64,000 nt of DNA from Argopecten irradians (lineage: Eukaryota): NCBI RefSeq assembly GCF_041381155.1, contig NC_091144.1, positions 38,668,437-38,732,436 of the forward strand, written 5' to 3'. The position numbers and the translations under genes are program-made. The notes under the pieces were generated by a model, which made no database searches, was not told the DNA's origin, and was given only the letters and a program-made list of their open reading frames with translations. This document shows positions 1 through 12,610 of this stretch, one piece after another (the first letter of the stretch is position 1; every line of letters begins with the position of its first letter).

Positions 1-419
1 GCCATGGGAAATATATGTGTTCTGTGTACACTGAAATAAGATTAATGCTAGATACTAGATTCTAGCAGTTTTTACCAAAACTCAATAGCAAATCTCTGAA
101 TTATTTAGTTTTTGCCCATGGATAAGTTGCAACTTCTACGGCTTTGATATTATATATATTTTTCATAATTTGTTGTGTCTGTATATATATAATTTTACTA
201 CACGTGAGCCATCTGTACTGGTACTGATGCAGTGATTATTCTCCTTATATAACTGGGGTCGGTAAACGACCCCATCCCCAATGCCAAACCCCCTATATTT
301 TCCCCAATTACAATGAAAATTCCCAAATTAAATTGCTGAGGAAAAGAAAACTGTCCTGATAAAAGGTTGTTTTGTTGATGCTATACAGATCCATGTAAAA
401 AACAGCATGTAATATTAAA

Positions 420-555
420 TTAAAGATGCTCCACCGCTGACAAATGGTATTTTTTCACTTTCAAAAACAGGAACAAATATATACACGATTAAACACCAAT
501 TATTGTTCAAATGATGAATATCATGTATGCTCTGTCGGCGGTGGAGCATCTTTAA
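420..555. mobile_element. TTAA-flanked MITE (family B), short ~135-bp internal-deletion form.
   Basis: TTAA|AGATGCTCCACCGCTGACAAATGGTATTTTTTCAC...GCTCTGTCGGCGGTGGAGCATCT|TTAA. The TIR is ~24 bp (AGATGCTCCACCGCCGACAGAGC). The ends and internal blocks match the ~365-bp copies at 12246, 53807 and 57622. Confidence 0.8.
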
Positions 556-884
556 ACAGTTATACAATATTTAATTACCTATAACAGTCATGTTCAGTAA
601 TGGGTAACTTTGCCCTAAAACCGCTCTTTGATTAAAAATTCCCAATTTGTGTCAAAAACATTTTTTCCCAAAACACCCTGAAAAATCACTGTGATGATCG
701 AGATATACACATTTTATATGACATTTGTCCTAACGAGTCCGACTCTTGAATGTTGTTGATTCTGAACAGGATTTCTGTAATTATACCGTACCCCAGAGAG
801 TTTTCCTTTACTATAAGATCTTTGATAGACATGTGATGCCCTTATTACATGTTCATGATATTGGAGAATATCATCTGTGATACC

Positions 885-1110
885 CCAAGGTTCTGCGATC
901 TTGTATTTTTGTGCGATATTCTATAAGATTTGGCCGATACTGGAGAAATTCTGTGATACCCTGAGGTTCTGCAATCCTGTATTTTTGTGCGATACTCTAT
1001 AAGATTTGGCCGATACTGTAGAATTTCCGTGATTCCTTAAGGTTCTGCGGTCTTGTATTTTTGTGCGATACTCTGTAAGATTTAGCCAATACTGTAAGAT
1101 ATTTCTGTGA
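885..1110. repeat. Tandem repeat with a ~75-bp unit, about 3 copies.
   Basis: The unit gataccccaaggttctgcgatcttgtatttttgtgcgatattctataagatttggccgatactggagaaattctg recurs at about 885, 960 and 1035. Confidence 0.85.
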
Positions 1111-1364
1111 TAGTACTAATTTGTCTGTGATACCAGTAGATGATACAAACAGTTCTCTCCACAATCAATACGGTGGGTACCAGCCTGCCTTTGTGGTATA
1201 ACAGGACATTGATTACTATAGCCAGGGGTTGTCTATAGGCCACCACTTCCGAGAAGGCAAACACACTCCCATCCACTGAAATATTCCTCCTTCTGTTTCC
1301 TGTGTTAATGCATGTAATATGACTGTAAGGTTGTTTACCTTCATCCCATTTGAATTTGTGTCAA

Positions 1365-1495
1365 TTAAGAAAGGTTGTTATTTTTCATTAAGAAATATGG
1401 AAATAATAAAGATTGTTATTTTTCACAAAGAAATATGGAAATGATAAAGATTGTTATTTTTTATGAAAAAATATGGAAATGATATGATTTTTCAG
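1365..1495. repeat. Tandem repeat with a ~38-bp unit, 3 copies.
   Basis: The unit gattgttatttttca..aagaaatatggaaatgataaa recurs with starts at about 1375, 1413 and 1451. Confidence 0.85.
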
Positions 1496-1794
1496 CTTTT
1501 CAAAGTCTTCCCATAAAAAATCAATCATTGTATTACACATTGCACCTATTTTTACAGTTTAAGATAAACTGGTTGATATATTTTGAAATGAAAAGGGGTA
1601 TATTTAGAAATGATGTGGTTTTTCAGCATGTTAGGTCGTCCCATATAAAATCAATTACTAAGTTGTTAGACTTTAAATTTTTTTTTACAAAACCAGAAAC
1701 ACAAGGTGTAATGATTTATTGCTGGTGTTGTACCCTAGGTAATTTTTTTTTAGTCTATCATATCTTATTATTAAAAATAATTATATTTTTCCAG

Positions 1795-2704
1795 AGTCCT
1801 TGCAGCAAGTCGGTGAAAATCAGCCCAAAGAAGTTGTGCCGAGTGAACCATCTAGCCAGCAGGATTTGGTGAAGGGCGACGACAAACCTATCACAGTGAA
1901 ATCTCTACTACAGTCAAATGGAACCGCCCGGTCACTCCTACAGCCTGTTAGTACTGCAGAGGTTTTGACCGCCGGACATCTGACCAATGAGATTGCGGGT
2001 CCACCTACAACTGTCCAATCATTGTTAAAGACCGGTCAGTCCCTCCTATCAACAGACATTCCAGGTCCAAGTGCTGTCAGTGGTATGCAGGATCTTCCAT
2101 TTACCGCCCTGGATAAATCTTCATCCCAGGACCTTCCGTTTACCTCCCTTGAAAAGTCCTCTTTAGATCTCTTTGAAAACGACCTTAAGTTATTTCCAGA
2201 TTCAACAGTCCCTGACAACGTTAGTGCTCCCAGTACCATTCCTACGACGGCATCCCCTGCTCTTACAGTGGCTCCACCTACAACAGACTACAGCGCCCCC
2301 TGGATCGTTACCGTCAGTATGTTTTGGAATGATCTACCTGCAATTATGATTGAAAATTTACCATTTGTTCGTTTGGTGGATATTCATAAACAAATCTTGC
2401 CGGCGAAGGATACTGGAATTCTCAAGAAACGGTGCCAGTTGCTCGGAATTAATGTCGGTAACTGTTCCGAAATGCAGCGTTATTTTCTTGTTCAGTACGG
2501 CAAGGCATTTAACTCGAAGAGCACCCTGATTGTAGGGAAAAACGATGCTAAGAATTTGATTGGCTACTATGTTAACCCTGTCCCGAAACCTGTGAAAGGG
2601 GAGGAGTCTTTGGTAGGGCGAAGCTTGGAGGAACCTCGTGTAGGGTCATCAAAGTTTTCCAAGGTCAGAGGATCTAAGGTCAAGGACAGCGTCGTGGAAC
2701 CAAG
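1795..2704 (+). CDS. Internal coding exon of a SKI/SNO-family (Ski/Sno/Fussel-like) transcriptional corepressor. It encodes a low-complexity N-terminal region plus a Dachshund-homology (DHD) winged-helix domain, roughly 2300-2560.
   Basis: Open frame of ~302 codons (track ORF 1800-2708; its M is actually TTG). Acceptor tttttccag|AG ends at 1794. An in-frame stop at 1740 with no ATG between shows the exon is internal. A strong donor AAG|GTAATG lies at 2704/2705. The peptide NLPFVRLVDIHKQILP...LKKRCQLLGINVGNCSEMQRYFLVQYG...STLIVGKNDAKNL matches the human SKI DHD (LCLPQIL...[23 protein letters not shown]...CGLITKTDAERL) and the DACH box-N pattern. The exon leaves 2 nt of a codon, which pairs exactly with the 1-nt start of the exon at 9039. 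Confidence 0.8.
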
Positions 2705-2974
2705 GTAATGATTACTGCCAAAGTGTTTTGTTGAGGCTTTGCAGAGTAAGAGTTGTCTTCTCCTGCAAAGAGGTATATATGAATATTGCTAATTTGTGAG
2801 AAAGCAATGTCACTTTCTCATAGAATCACCAAGATAGCAGCTTGTGTCATACTAATCTGTAGAGAAGATTGCTCTGGATAAAAAAAAGAGGCTTTAGATC
2901 CTTTTCTTAATTCAGTTGTTCACTACAAAAGTCTGGTCTACGTTTGAATCAAGGCCTCCTTTTGCTATTCTGTA

Positions 2975-3160
2975 TTTGCGTATTACAGAGTTATCTGCCC
3001 TTGTGGGTAGGTATTGATTGTGACTTGTATATATGAGCATGTCATATTATTCAAGAGAAAAGTGATTTAACTCTACCAAAATAATTACTTTATAATCGAT
3101 ACCTTTCTGCAAGGTTGAAGGACAGATAACTCTGTATTATGCAAACACAGAATTATTTAA
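2975..3160. mobile_element. Short relative of the foldback element, sharing its arm-terminal sequences, in the SKI-like intron.
   Basis: The segment tttgcgtattacagagttatctgcccttgtgggtaggtattgattgtg at 2982-3030 matches 30290-30340. The segment aatcgatacctttctgcaaggttgaaggacagataactctgtattatgcaaac at 3100-3150 matches 30420-30470. Confidence 0.6.
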
Positions 3161-3552
3161 AACTATTGACTAGCCCTGTACTGGAAAAGTAAAGGCAACA
3201 ATAGAAATAAGGGGGAGATAACCCACTGATTTAAATCTGCTGAGCATTTCTTAATGATATATAACTCGGGTAAACATATAACTGATGTGGTGTTTATGAT
3301 CATGTTCAAACACCAAGTCAGTATACCGTACTAATCTTTAATCTGTGTAGATTAAAGCTCAGTTCAGACTTGTGTTATCTGTCTGAGATATGATGAATCA
3401 ATACTTAAGCTCACGGACACGATTTAAAACCCCGATCTAGTTATCTGGTATATGGTAACCGGATGTATTTGTGTTAAAACTTAAGCAGTCATGATCCCAT
3501 TCGGGTTAGTCTGTGATAGCCAATAATGACGTTAGGCGTGATCATGTTGTGT

Positions 3553-3631
3553 TAACTTATTCATCCCTAAAATTTCATAATGGACTGGTCTAGGCATTGA
3601 TTTAAAAGAGTCTAAATGTGTCTTTAGGGGT
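3553..3631. mobile_element. ~90-bp MITE (family A) copy, in opposite orientation to most other copies.
   Basis: Terminal inverted repeats TAACTTATTCATCCCTAAAA ... TTTAGGGGTGAATGAGTT with the internal motif ttcataatggactggtc. The family consensus is TAACTCATTCACCCCTGAAGACACATTTAGACTCTTCTAAATCAAAGACTAGACCAGTCCATTATGAAATTTCAGGGGTGAATGAGTTA. Confidence 0.75.
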
Positions 3632-4924
3632 GAATGAGTTTAAATCAATGAGAGCTTGTTGATTTCGAGACTGGACTGGTTGGACTTACTGGAGTCAGAT
3701 TTTTCTAGCCCACAGCAAGAGGAAAGTACAAAAATCTGATCACCCAGTATTTCTGACAGTGTTAAATTTCCCGGTAAAGACTGATCATCCGATCTGGAAG
3801 CAGTACACAAACTATTATAAGGTTTCCTTTATCGGTGTCCCCGGGCTAGAATGTCTCATCTCACACAAGTATCAGCTGTTCTAGCGTTCTAATATTTCAA
3901 CTGAACATTTTTTGTTCACCATCCCAAGTGAAATTTTCTTAGCTCATTTTCAAACCTCCCATGAAAGCAAGGGCCTTTTATTTGATAGGCTAGACAAATG
4001 ACCTATTGCTTTGTTTTCATTGTCTATATCAAATGTGACAAGGAAATATTCTGAAATAAAAAAATAAAAAAATTGTATAATATAAAGTAAGGTTAAGGGG
4101 CGTTGAAAAAGTTTGGGACAAAATATTAACTAGAGAAAAAAAATCTGTCTCTGATAGTCCAAACTTATAAGTTGTAACTCAGGTGTGTGGAAAAAAAATG
4201 CCTGAAGTAAGTTTGTTTTGAGAAATCAGGGGCAGCACATATAACAATAAGCTACATCCAAAAATAAAGTTCAATATTATAAAGATGAATATATGTTTCA
4301 ATAGCCCCGGCCTCTTCACATTTTCAGACAATGGACGTGGGTGTTTAAAAATTCATGTGACCAATTAAATTCAGAACTTTGACAAAATGTTATTGCATGA
4401 AGTCATCTTTTTAGTCATAGATTATGCTAAGGAAGTAAAACTTTCAGTCTTTGTTTTAAAGATTAAAAGATAAGGTAAAATTGATCTGAATTTCGCGTTT
4501 ATTCAGGTGTCAAAAAGGTGGATGGGGTCGCTTATTATGTCATATACGGTATGTGAATATTAGTAATTGGTTACAAATAACTACATTTATAGCCATATCT
4601 AGTTTTACATAAGATGGCTGTCACAAACAAGTTCAGCTTAGACAAGAAAGAAAAGGGAGTATATGTATATAATGTTTTTTGTATAAATGATAGGCTTATG
4701 GTATGTTTTGTTTTAGCTTGGTGCGCCATATGGCTGGTCAGAAACTAGGTCAAGACTAGGCGGTATATGTCTACATGTTTCCTGTTCGCGTGTCTTTACA
4801 TATGGGGTACACTAGCTGGCTACTCTTTGTGACTGTAGATAATAGCACTGATATATGCTTTATTGGGTTAGGTCTGATATATATAGGAATCAATTTTGTT
4901 AGTTGTGGATCGAATAATTAAATA

Positions 4925-5800
4925 TCAATACCAGGTAATAGTGTCGTTTAGTTGTAAATGGAAGAAATACCAATCTATGTCGTTATTTGTAAATAGAATA
5001 ATTATTGTTAGACATAGTTAAATAGAATAAAACTTTTGTAGAATCTATATGTCGTTAGCTGTGAATAGAAGAAATCACAGAATCTATAATATATCATTAT
5101 CTGTGGATAATATAATCTATATGCTGTTAGTTCAATAGGTGTAAATAGAATAAATCATAGAATCTTTGTTTTTTGTTCTATGCTGTTAGTTCAATAGTTG
5201 TAAATAGAATATATCATAGAATCTTTGTCGTTTGTTGTAAATAGAAGGAATAGTAGATTCTATGCTGTTAGTTCAATAGTTGTAAATAGAATATACCATA
5301 GAAACTTTGTTGTTTGTTGTAAATAAAAGGAATTGTAGATTCTATGCTGTTAGTTCAATAGTTGTAAACAGAATATATCATAGAAACTTTGTTGTTTGTT
5401 GTAAATAGATGGAATCGTAGATTCTATGCTGTTAGTTCAATAGTTGTAAATAGAATATATATCATAGAATCTTTGTCGTTTGTTGTAAATAAAAGGAATC
5501 GTAGATTCTATGCTGTTAGTTGAATAGTTGTAAATAGAATATATCATAGAAGTCTTTGTCGTTTGTTGTAAATAAAAGGAATTGTAGATTCTATGCTGTT
5601 AGTTCAATAGTTGTAAACAGAATATATCATAGAAACTTTGTTGTTTGTTGTAAATAGATGGAATCGTAGATTCTATGCTGTTAGTTCAATAGTTGTAAAT
5701 AAAATAATTCATAGAATCTTTGTCGTTTTGCTGTAAATAGAAGGAATCGTAGATTCTATGCTGTTTGTTCAATAGTTGTAAATAGAATATATCATATCCG
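4925..5800. repeat. Satellite with an 82-bp unit (41-bp sub-periodicity), about 9 to 10 copies, inside the SKI-like intron.
   Basis: The unit gttagttcaatagttgtaaatagaatatatcatagaatctttgtcgtttgttgtaaatagaaggaatcgtagattctatgct repeats with starts at about 5125, 5185, 5267, 5349, 5431, 5514, 5597, 5679 and 5761. Copies between 4925 and 5100 are degenerate. Two gtaaatagaa half-units occur per unit. Confidence 0.9.
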
Positions 5801-6419
5801 GGTTAAGGTCAAGTATTCTTAAACTATACTCTTAAGGAAGGTCTATAGATTCTGCTTTTCTCAGTGAAAATTTTAGTAACGTTAACGTTGAGAATGTTAA
5901 CATTGATCAGTATAGGTTGCATTTGTTATGTGGTAGATTTTATTAGTGTTAGCTATAGGCATGCTTAGCTTTGGTTGTTAATCTTTTGTGTAGTACTGTA
6001 CCTGGATGGTCCTATATACAGATTTGATAGCAGTTTAACAAGGCAGTCCTAGAGAACTTGTATCTGATTTTCTTAAAAACACCATGATTAGGTTATAAAA
6101 CTCAAGTCATAAAAGGAATTATATAAAATTCCAGGAATTGGTTCGAGGAACCAGTTGAATTTAGTTTGTACCTGCAGCTGCAGGTCGTTTCTGATAATTC
6201 CCTTCTCTGTAATTACCCCTAGTTTTATTTCTAAAAGGTGGAGACGATTCTTCATGAAAGTATGGGGGTACACATTAATAGATATATACACTATACCTAA
6301 CAATAAACAACGCCAAGTGAACATAACCAGAGGAGTTCTTTCCAACCCTGGTAGCTCTCCATAAGCTGCTGTGGAAATAAAAATTATTGCATTTAGGTGG
6401 AAAAATTCGTGATATACAG

Positions 6420-6900
6420 GTGACCTTTATACAGAGGTCAATTACTATATGTATTAAACTTCATCAAATGGGGGTTGATGACTGTCCTTTATGGACAGGT
6501 GTCCTTAATATAGAGGTCAATTATATAGTAAATTGCACCAAATGGGGCTGATGAGTCTGTCCCTAATATGGAGGTGTCCTTTACTGCAGATTTCACTGTG
6601 CCTAGTACAGGGTATATTAGACCATCATTGCACAATTTGATTATTTACTAGTACAGACTATGGACTAAAATCTGTCCTTTATAGACAGGTGTCCTTTACA
6701 GTAGGTTTCACTATACCTAGTATATTAGACCTTCATTGTACAACTAGATTATTTACTATTACAGACTTGCGACTAAAATATGTCCTTTATAGACAGGTGT
6801 CCTTTATAGACAGGTGTCCTTTATAGACAGGTGTCCTTTATAGACAGGTGTCCTTTATAGACAGGTGTCCTTTACAGTAAGTTTCAGTATACCTAGTAAA
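6420..6900. repeat. Composite repeat block of the GGTGTCCTTTATAGACAGGT family, including a 15-bp microsatellite (gacaggtgtccttta) x6 at about 6781-6875.
   Basis: Repeated ~130-bp subunits end in gtcctttatagacaggtgtcctttaca. The same family appears at 19180-19330, 26965-27100, 43320-43470 and 44950-46100. Confidence 0.8.
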
Positions 6901-7422
6901 TTAGACCTTCATTGTACAACTTAATCATTTTTAGTACAGACTTCTGACTAAAATAAAATCTGATGGGCAAGGCATTTATAACATGTCAGATCTGTCAGCC
7001 TAATAAGCGGTGTATAAATTAAATCAACAAGAAATTGATATTCATTCAAGCAGGATGTTGCAATTTCCTGTACAAAAAAAAGCTCTGTCTTGTTCAGATT
7101 CTTCACTTCTGGAGGTTTGGGAAAATCTGCCTCTGGTCATGGCTATTCACTTGTAAGTTATAGCCATAAATTTAAATGAGAACATTCACTGAAAAAAATA
7201 TCTGAAATTTTAAGGCGGAGTTACAATTGTTAACTGTTTACTTTAGGGTTATTAAGTTTTGCTTTTAGATGCTCAGAATGCTATATCCATCTATGATAGA
7301 AAAATAAAACTTAATGTTCAAACCGTCATTTATGTATATATGATTTTATTATTTTGTGTATTTCAAATATGTTTTACTGTGTCTGTGATCTTCCAGGGCA
7401 CTTCAAAATAAACTTTAATATT

Positions 7423-7495
7423 CACCCCTAAAGATGCATTTAAACTCTCCTAAATCAAAGACTAGGCAAGCTCATTATGAAATTTCAGCGAGGAA
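7423..7495. mobile_element. MITE family A copy, 5'-truncated or partial.
   Basis: attcacccctaaagatgcatttaaactctcctaaatcaaagactaggcaagctcattatgaaatttcag. Confidence 0.6.
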
Positions 7496-8214
7496 TAATA
7501 TAAGTTTATACTGAAAATTTTGGGGAAGTTATATTGGGATATCATGTCAAATACATATATGTATCAGTATCACATCCAAAGTTTTCCTGATCGTCCTCTG
7601 TTTGTGTACATCTCAACATAGATTTTGATCTAGACCAGATAATTTTAAAAAGCTTTTGACATTGTTGTGTAGTTTAAAGAAACATTTTATCATGTTATGT
7701 ATAAAACATTTAATATACTTCCTATTTGAATGGTTTTAAATATTCATTTTTTATTGGCTAGTAGCATGGATATCTATTTTCAATGTTTAATTTTGATATG
7801 TCTGAAATGAGAAAGGAAGTACTTTTTGCTGGGGCCAATATATATGGTATATGAAGTTTGCGGTTGTAATAATTGTACAATGTTTGCTATGCGTATACAT
7901 ACATGTAGCTATCAAACAAACACATCAAATAGCTTAGAGGTTTACAGGGGAAAAAGTCGCGGCTTATACTCCGGAAAATACAGTATTTGTATGAAGGTAT
8001 CATTAATACCTGTACTCTTTTGATTCCATGAAGGTACCATTAATACCTGTACTCTTTTGATTCCATGCCCCTATATATGCACAGAGGATAAATCTCAAGT
8101 TTGTGATCACAAAATCGTTTTAGTAATCTGTAACTGTTTGATGGCTTGTCCAAACTGAGCTAATTATCTGAGGTCTTTTTCATGATGCCTTTTAGGCTTA
8201 TAGTACAAGTCTGT

Positions 8215-8315
8215 CTGATAACTGGCCATGGTCACCCCTGAAAAGACATTTGAACCCTTCCAGTTCAAACGCTGGAATACTTCATTATGAATTTTCAGGG
8301 GTGAATGAATTAATG
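8215..8315. mobile_element. MITE family A copy.
   Basis: gtcacccctgaaaagacatttgaaccc...cattatgaattttcaggggtgaatgaattaatg. Confidence 0.7.
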
Positions 8316-8737
8316 ATTAGTATTTGAAGACCAGATTTAATTCAAAGAAATATCGTAATTATAGAAAGTACATTGATATTACACCATGTGTCAATGGACA
8401 AATCCTTTAAATTGGAGGACTCTGATACAAAATTAAAACAGTTAGTACCTTAATATTTTCCATTCTGTGATTTCTTTTAAAACAAAATTAAAAAAACTTT
8501 TCAAATCTGAGTGAAGATGATAAGCTTTGGCATACATTGAATACCAAACATGTTTGGAAAGTTTTAAACTTTCAAATTTAAAAAATTTCCCCATAACTGA
8601 TCTAGATCTTCTCTATGGTGGATAGATATACATGCATAGCTAGTTTAACTGCATGTTGTGTGGGAGAGAAACCCTGAAGCCAAAGAAACCACTGCAACAG
8701 CTGTCTATTCATTGATGTATGTTTGTAACACTTAACC

Positions 8738-8825
8738 TAGTCACCCCAGGAGACACATATAAACTCTTCTTATTCAGAGACTGGAAGAGTTCATTATGAC
8801 ATTTGAGGGGTGAGTGAGTTAATGA
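8738..8825. mobile_element. MITE family A copy.
   Basis: tagtcaccccaggagacacatataaactcttc...ggaagagttcattatgacatttgaggggtgagtgagttaatg. Confidence 0.7.
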
Positions 8826-8882
8826 ATTTGAATCTTTATCCTTAATTGATGTTCTGGTTTGTAACATTAAAAAAAGAATTTA

Positions 8883-8975
8883 CGTATTCATCCCTGAGGA
8901 GACATAATAAACTCTGCGTATTCAAAGACTGGAAGAGTTCAGTATGAAATTTCAGGTATGAATCAAATGAGTTAA
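8883..8975. mobile_element. MITE family A copy, more diverged.
   Basis: attcatccctgaggagacataataaactctgcgtattcaaagactggaagagttcagtatgaaatttcaggtatgaatcaaatgagttaat. Confidence 0.65.
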
Positions 8976-9038
8976 TAGCTTAAATCTTGATATACATAAA
9001 TATTTTTATTCTAAATGTTGTGTTTTATATATTTACAG

Positions 9039-10605
9039 AGTGCTTGACGTGTCTGCGCCTGTCCTGTCGCAGCACGACGACATCACTGTGCGACCTTTAC
9101 CCCTGCAGGATGTGACCGCTACAAGGACGGCAGTACCAGCGTCGACATCGATGGTGGATTCTGTATCACAGTCGTCCTCACAACCTGGACGAGTGTCGCA
9201 CAGGACCAGACATAAAAAAATAAATTTCCTGGAAATGTTGAAAGGAGATGCAAACAACAACACTAGTTTAGTGGATAACGTCGCACCGCAAGGCTCGGCA
9301 CCGGTTACTGAGGAAACAGTATGTGAAAGTAACACCCCCAACAACTCTGCACCGATCGAGGATATTTTACCCAAGGAAAAATTAGTGAAAAAGAATAATG
9401 TGAAAAATGTGAGAATATCGGCGTCAAGTAAGTTAAAGAATAAGATGGCTGTTAGTATCAGAGAAAGGGTCAAGGTGAAAAAGGGAAAAGAAGCCGTGCA
9501 GGAGGAACAGAGTATGGGGGAGAGTGAGTGTGAGAATCGTGTAGAGGAAGATGAGGAGGAAATAGGGGAGGAATTAGCAGATAAATTACCGTTTTTTATC
9601 GGAAAACGTGGAGCGAAAAATAACGATCGCGAACAGATGGCGAAAAAACTAAAAATCATGAAAAATCGAAAATCTGGGGCGTTGAAAGTGAAGTGGAAGA
9701 TATTCGGCAAATCAAGTAGTGCTAAACGAGTTATGTTTAATAAAGGAAATAACAATAACAACAAAACGGATTCGCGAGAAATTCTCGCCGTCATTCATAA
9801 GGATATGGTACCGAGGAACGGACATAAGCATAGAATGCAGGCAGGCAATGTGTTTTTGGACCAATATAACAGAAAGGACTCCACCTGTGTCAGATGTTGT
9901 ACCTGTAAAAAGCTGCTATCTGTCGACATGTTTCTAATACACCTGCATGAAATCGGAGGTAGTGGTAAACTTTTATCTGTTAGTCAGCCTCAGGTGATCT
10001 CTCTCCGAGACTCTTTCCCATCGGAAACACAGAAAAGACTCTGGGAAAATTTCCAGAAACGACGCCGGCTACACGGTAGTAGCGGCGATCGCTCTAAGAA
10101 CGGTGTGGTGGAAAGTGTAGAATCGGCACCAGAGGAAGTGTTACCTTTGCCGACAACTAAAAAGTTAGAACAAAAGAAGAAAGTGGTAAACGAGAGACTG
10201 GCGAATCCAGCCAAGGTCCCACTACGGCATCAAAGTGTGCCGGCTATTCAGGCACCTGGTACGCTTACGAACGGAAACGTCAGAATTAGTGCTAGAAAAC
10301 GGAAACAAAAGCAGCTCTACCCCATAGAAAACTACAGCTTTTCTCGTAAGTCAAGCCAGAAAAACATTCAGATAGATTCGGATGGGGACGAGCCGCTCTC
10401 TCCGAACGGACTTGAAGTGAATGTTGACGAGGGCGGCTCCCCGGCGAAGGTCGTTCGACTTTTACCCTCGGTGGTAGACAGTGCTACTTGTGTTGAGAGG
10501 GTTGTGCCTCAGGTTAGCCAAGGAAGTGTACTGACCCTGGCTAATGGACCGGAAGTTATAAGTTTCACAGCCCTGCAGCATGAGGAGGGTTTGGACATGA
10601 GTTAA
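9039..10605 (+). CDS. Terminal coding exon of the same SKI/SNO-family gene. It contains the SKI-type SAND-like Cys/His zinc motif at 9886-9948 and the stop codon TAA at 10603-10605.
   Basis: Acceptor tatatttacag|AGTGCTT ends at 9038. The 521-codon frame from 9040 is in phase with 2704|9039 (AG+A=Arg). The motif C-VR-C-CT-C-KKLLSVDM-F-LI-H-L-H has the same spacing as human SKI [21 protein letters not shown] (C-x2-C-x2-C-x8-F-x2-H-x-H). GC content and codon usage are higher than in the flanks. The minus-strand ORF 9033-9794 is its shadow. Confidence 0.85.
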
Positions 10606-10717
10606 GCGAGGATTAAACATTTTTATATAGTCTTCTAATTAATTGACATGTTTTCACATTCAGTTCTATGTTAGTCACTCGAGGCTGGTGTTTGTTTCTA
10701 ATTCCTTGTGTCCGTTA

Positions 10718-10807
10718 TAACTCATTCACCCCTGAAGACACATTTAGACTCTTCTAAATCAAAGAATAGACCAGTCCATTATGAAAATTCAGGGATGAAT
10801 GAGTTAT
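10718..10807. mobile_element. MITE family A copy, about 110 bp downstream of the SKI-like stop codon and so probably in the 3' UTR.
   Basis: taactcattcacccctgaagacacatttagactcttctaaatcaaagaatagaccagtccattatgaaaattcagggatgaatgagttata. Confidence 0.8.
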
Positions 10808-12245
10808 AAACTGAATATATATCTGTTTCCCCCAGACATGTCAGTCAGCATCTCATAGCCTGTATACATGTAGGAAGCGGTAAGTGATCACTTGTTGCGA
10901 TGTATATGGATCGATGTATTCTTTAAACTAGAGCATATACACATATTAGATGCAATATTTCAAATCAAGATTAAATTAATGTTATAATGTTCAGTTGGTT
11001 GTTCAAGTCAGATTATGGATTTAGTGCATTCAATAGAAATTTTAAACTTTTCTTTTTGTTTTGTGTTCGGAGTTTAATAATAATTACTGATGCATGATAT
11101 ATTCTTTTCACATCCTTTGTTCCGACATTTGCCATATTGATATTGTAACACCAGTATGACGCGTACGGTTATGGATCTAATAGTCGATAGTGACCATACA
11201 TAAAAAAAAAATAATGTTAAATGTTTCCTTTAAATATCATCAGCTTTTGTGGCATATTGGTACATGTGCATAAGATTGCGTTTTATGCAGAACAGTGGTC
11301 CAATGTATAGGCGAAAGATGAAACATGAAATTAAAATTATCCCAGCAAATAACTACATTTCTTGTGTTGCTTGTTTTTAAAAGCAGATTGTATTGTTATA
11401 ACATATACCGTATTCGACCAAATAAGTGTCCCTCCGACTATCAAGGCCTCAATTTGAAATACCCAGATACAGACCAAATCTGTCAAAACTATAGATTTGC
11501 AATAATTTTGTCTTATTAAGCACCTTTTAATTTTTTCAATTTTGTAAATGTCCTGGGCGCTTAGTGGGGCGAATATGGTATATCGTTATTCATATCTACA
11601 AATAATAAATATTAGAGATTTTTGATAATATCTTATTTAAATCTCTGCAAATATGGCCAAAAAATGTATGGTTTAGGTATCACTGCCTACCCTGATTCTT
11701 ACCTCCAACCCTAGCTATTTTATCACATTTTTTCAAAACAAAATTGCTGTATTCGAAACAGTTGCTATTGCATGAGGTTTCAACTTTGATTTAAACACCT
11801 GCTGAAAGTATGATATACCGTATTCGACCCAATAGGTGCCCAGGACACTTGAAGGATTGAAATAGATAAGGGGGCACTTATTAGTAATAGACAGTGTTCT
11901 CCCTTAAGGATTTTTTCCAACTGGTCCTAAGGACCAGCTGATCCTATAAGTTTAGAGCCAAATTTAGACTAGCCTTTGATAAAGTTATTGCACAGGATAA
12001 GCAATAATTCATTTTGCAAAAGAAATCAATAAAGAAATCCACACTTTTCATATTTTTCATATTTTCATCTTGAATTTAATTAAAGATAAATGAAATTGAG
12101 GCCAAAAAAGGGGGAGGGGAGCTTATTGGGTCGAACAATCTCTCCCTATATCTTATTTTATTTAGTCGTGCATTAAACCTGAAACATGCATATAACTTCT
12201 TTTGGCCTTAACATATCCTGTCTACATATATACAGCTAAAGATTG

Positions 12246-12610
12246 TTAAAGATGCTCCACTATTGACAAATGACATATTTTTTCGCTATCAAAAACAAGA
12301 GCAGACGAATTAATATTTTTCTTCAGTTACAAAAGTTACTTACTTTACACCATTACCACCATTGAATAGTTTGAGCTTCTAATTTCATTTCAAGACAAAA
12401 ATATTAAAAATTATTTAATTGCATACCGAAAAAAATCTGTGGCACTATGTCCTATATGAAATGAATATTGATTGTGCATGCACCAAAAGCAAAATAAACT
12501 ATTTCATGTTATTTCTTGTGTTAATTAGACATATATATATATACACGATTAAACACCAATTGCCAAATTGATGAAATTGTTAAAGCTCTGTCGGCGGTGG
12601 AGCATCTTTA
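12246..12610. mobile_element. TTAA-flanked MITE family B, full-length (~365 bp) copy.
   Basis: ttaaagatgctccactattgacaaatgacatattttttcgctatcaaaaacaag...ttaaagctctgtcggcggtggagcatctttaa. Internal blocks are shared with 53807-54169. Confidence 0.8.

Noticed and set aside
1528-1872. Track ORF 1528-1872 (+), 114 aa
   Set aside because: It is AT-rich intronic sequence. It overlaps the acceptor of the SKI-like exon and sits in a different frame from the domain-bearing frame.
9033-9794. Track ORF 9033-9794 (-), 253 aa
   Set aside because: It is the antisense shadow of the SKI-like terminal exon. It is low-complexity (S/F/L-rich) and lacks the splice context that the sense frame has.
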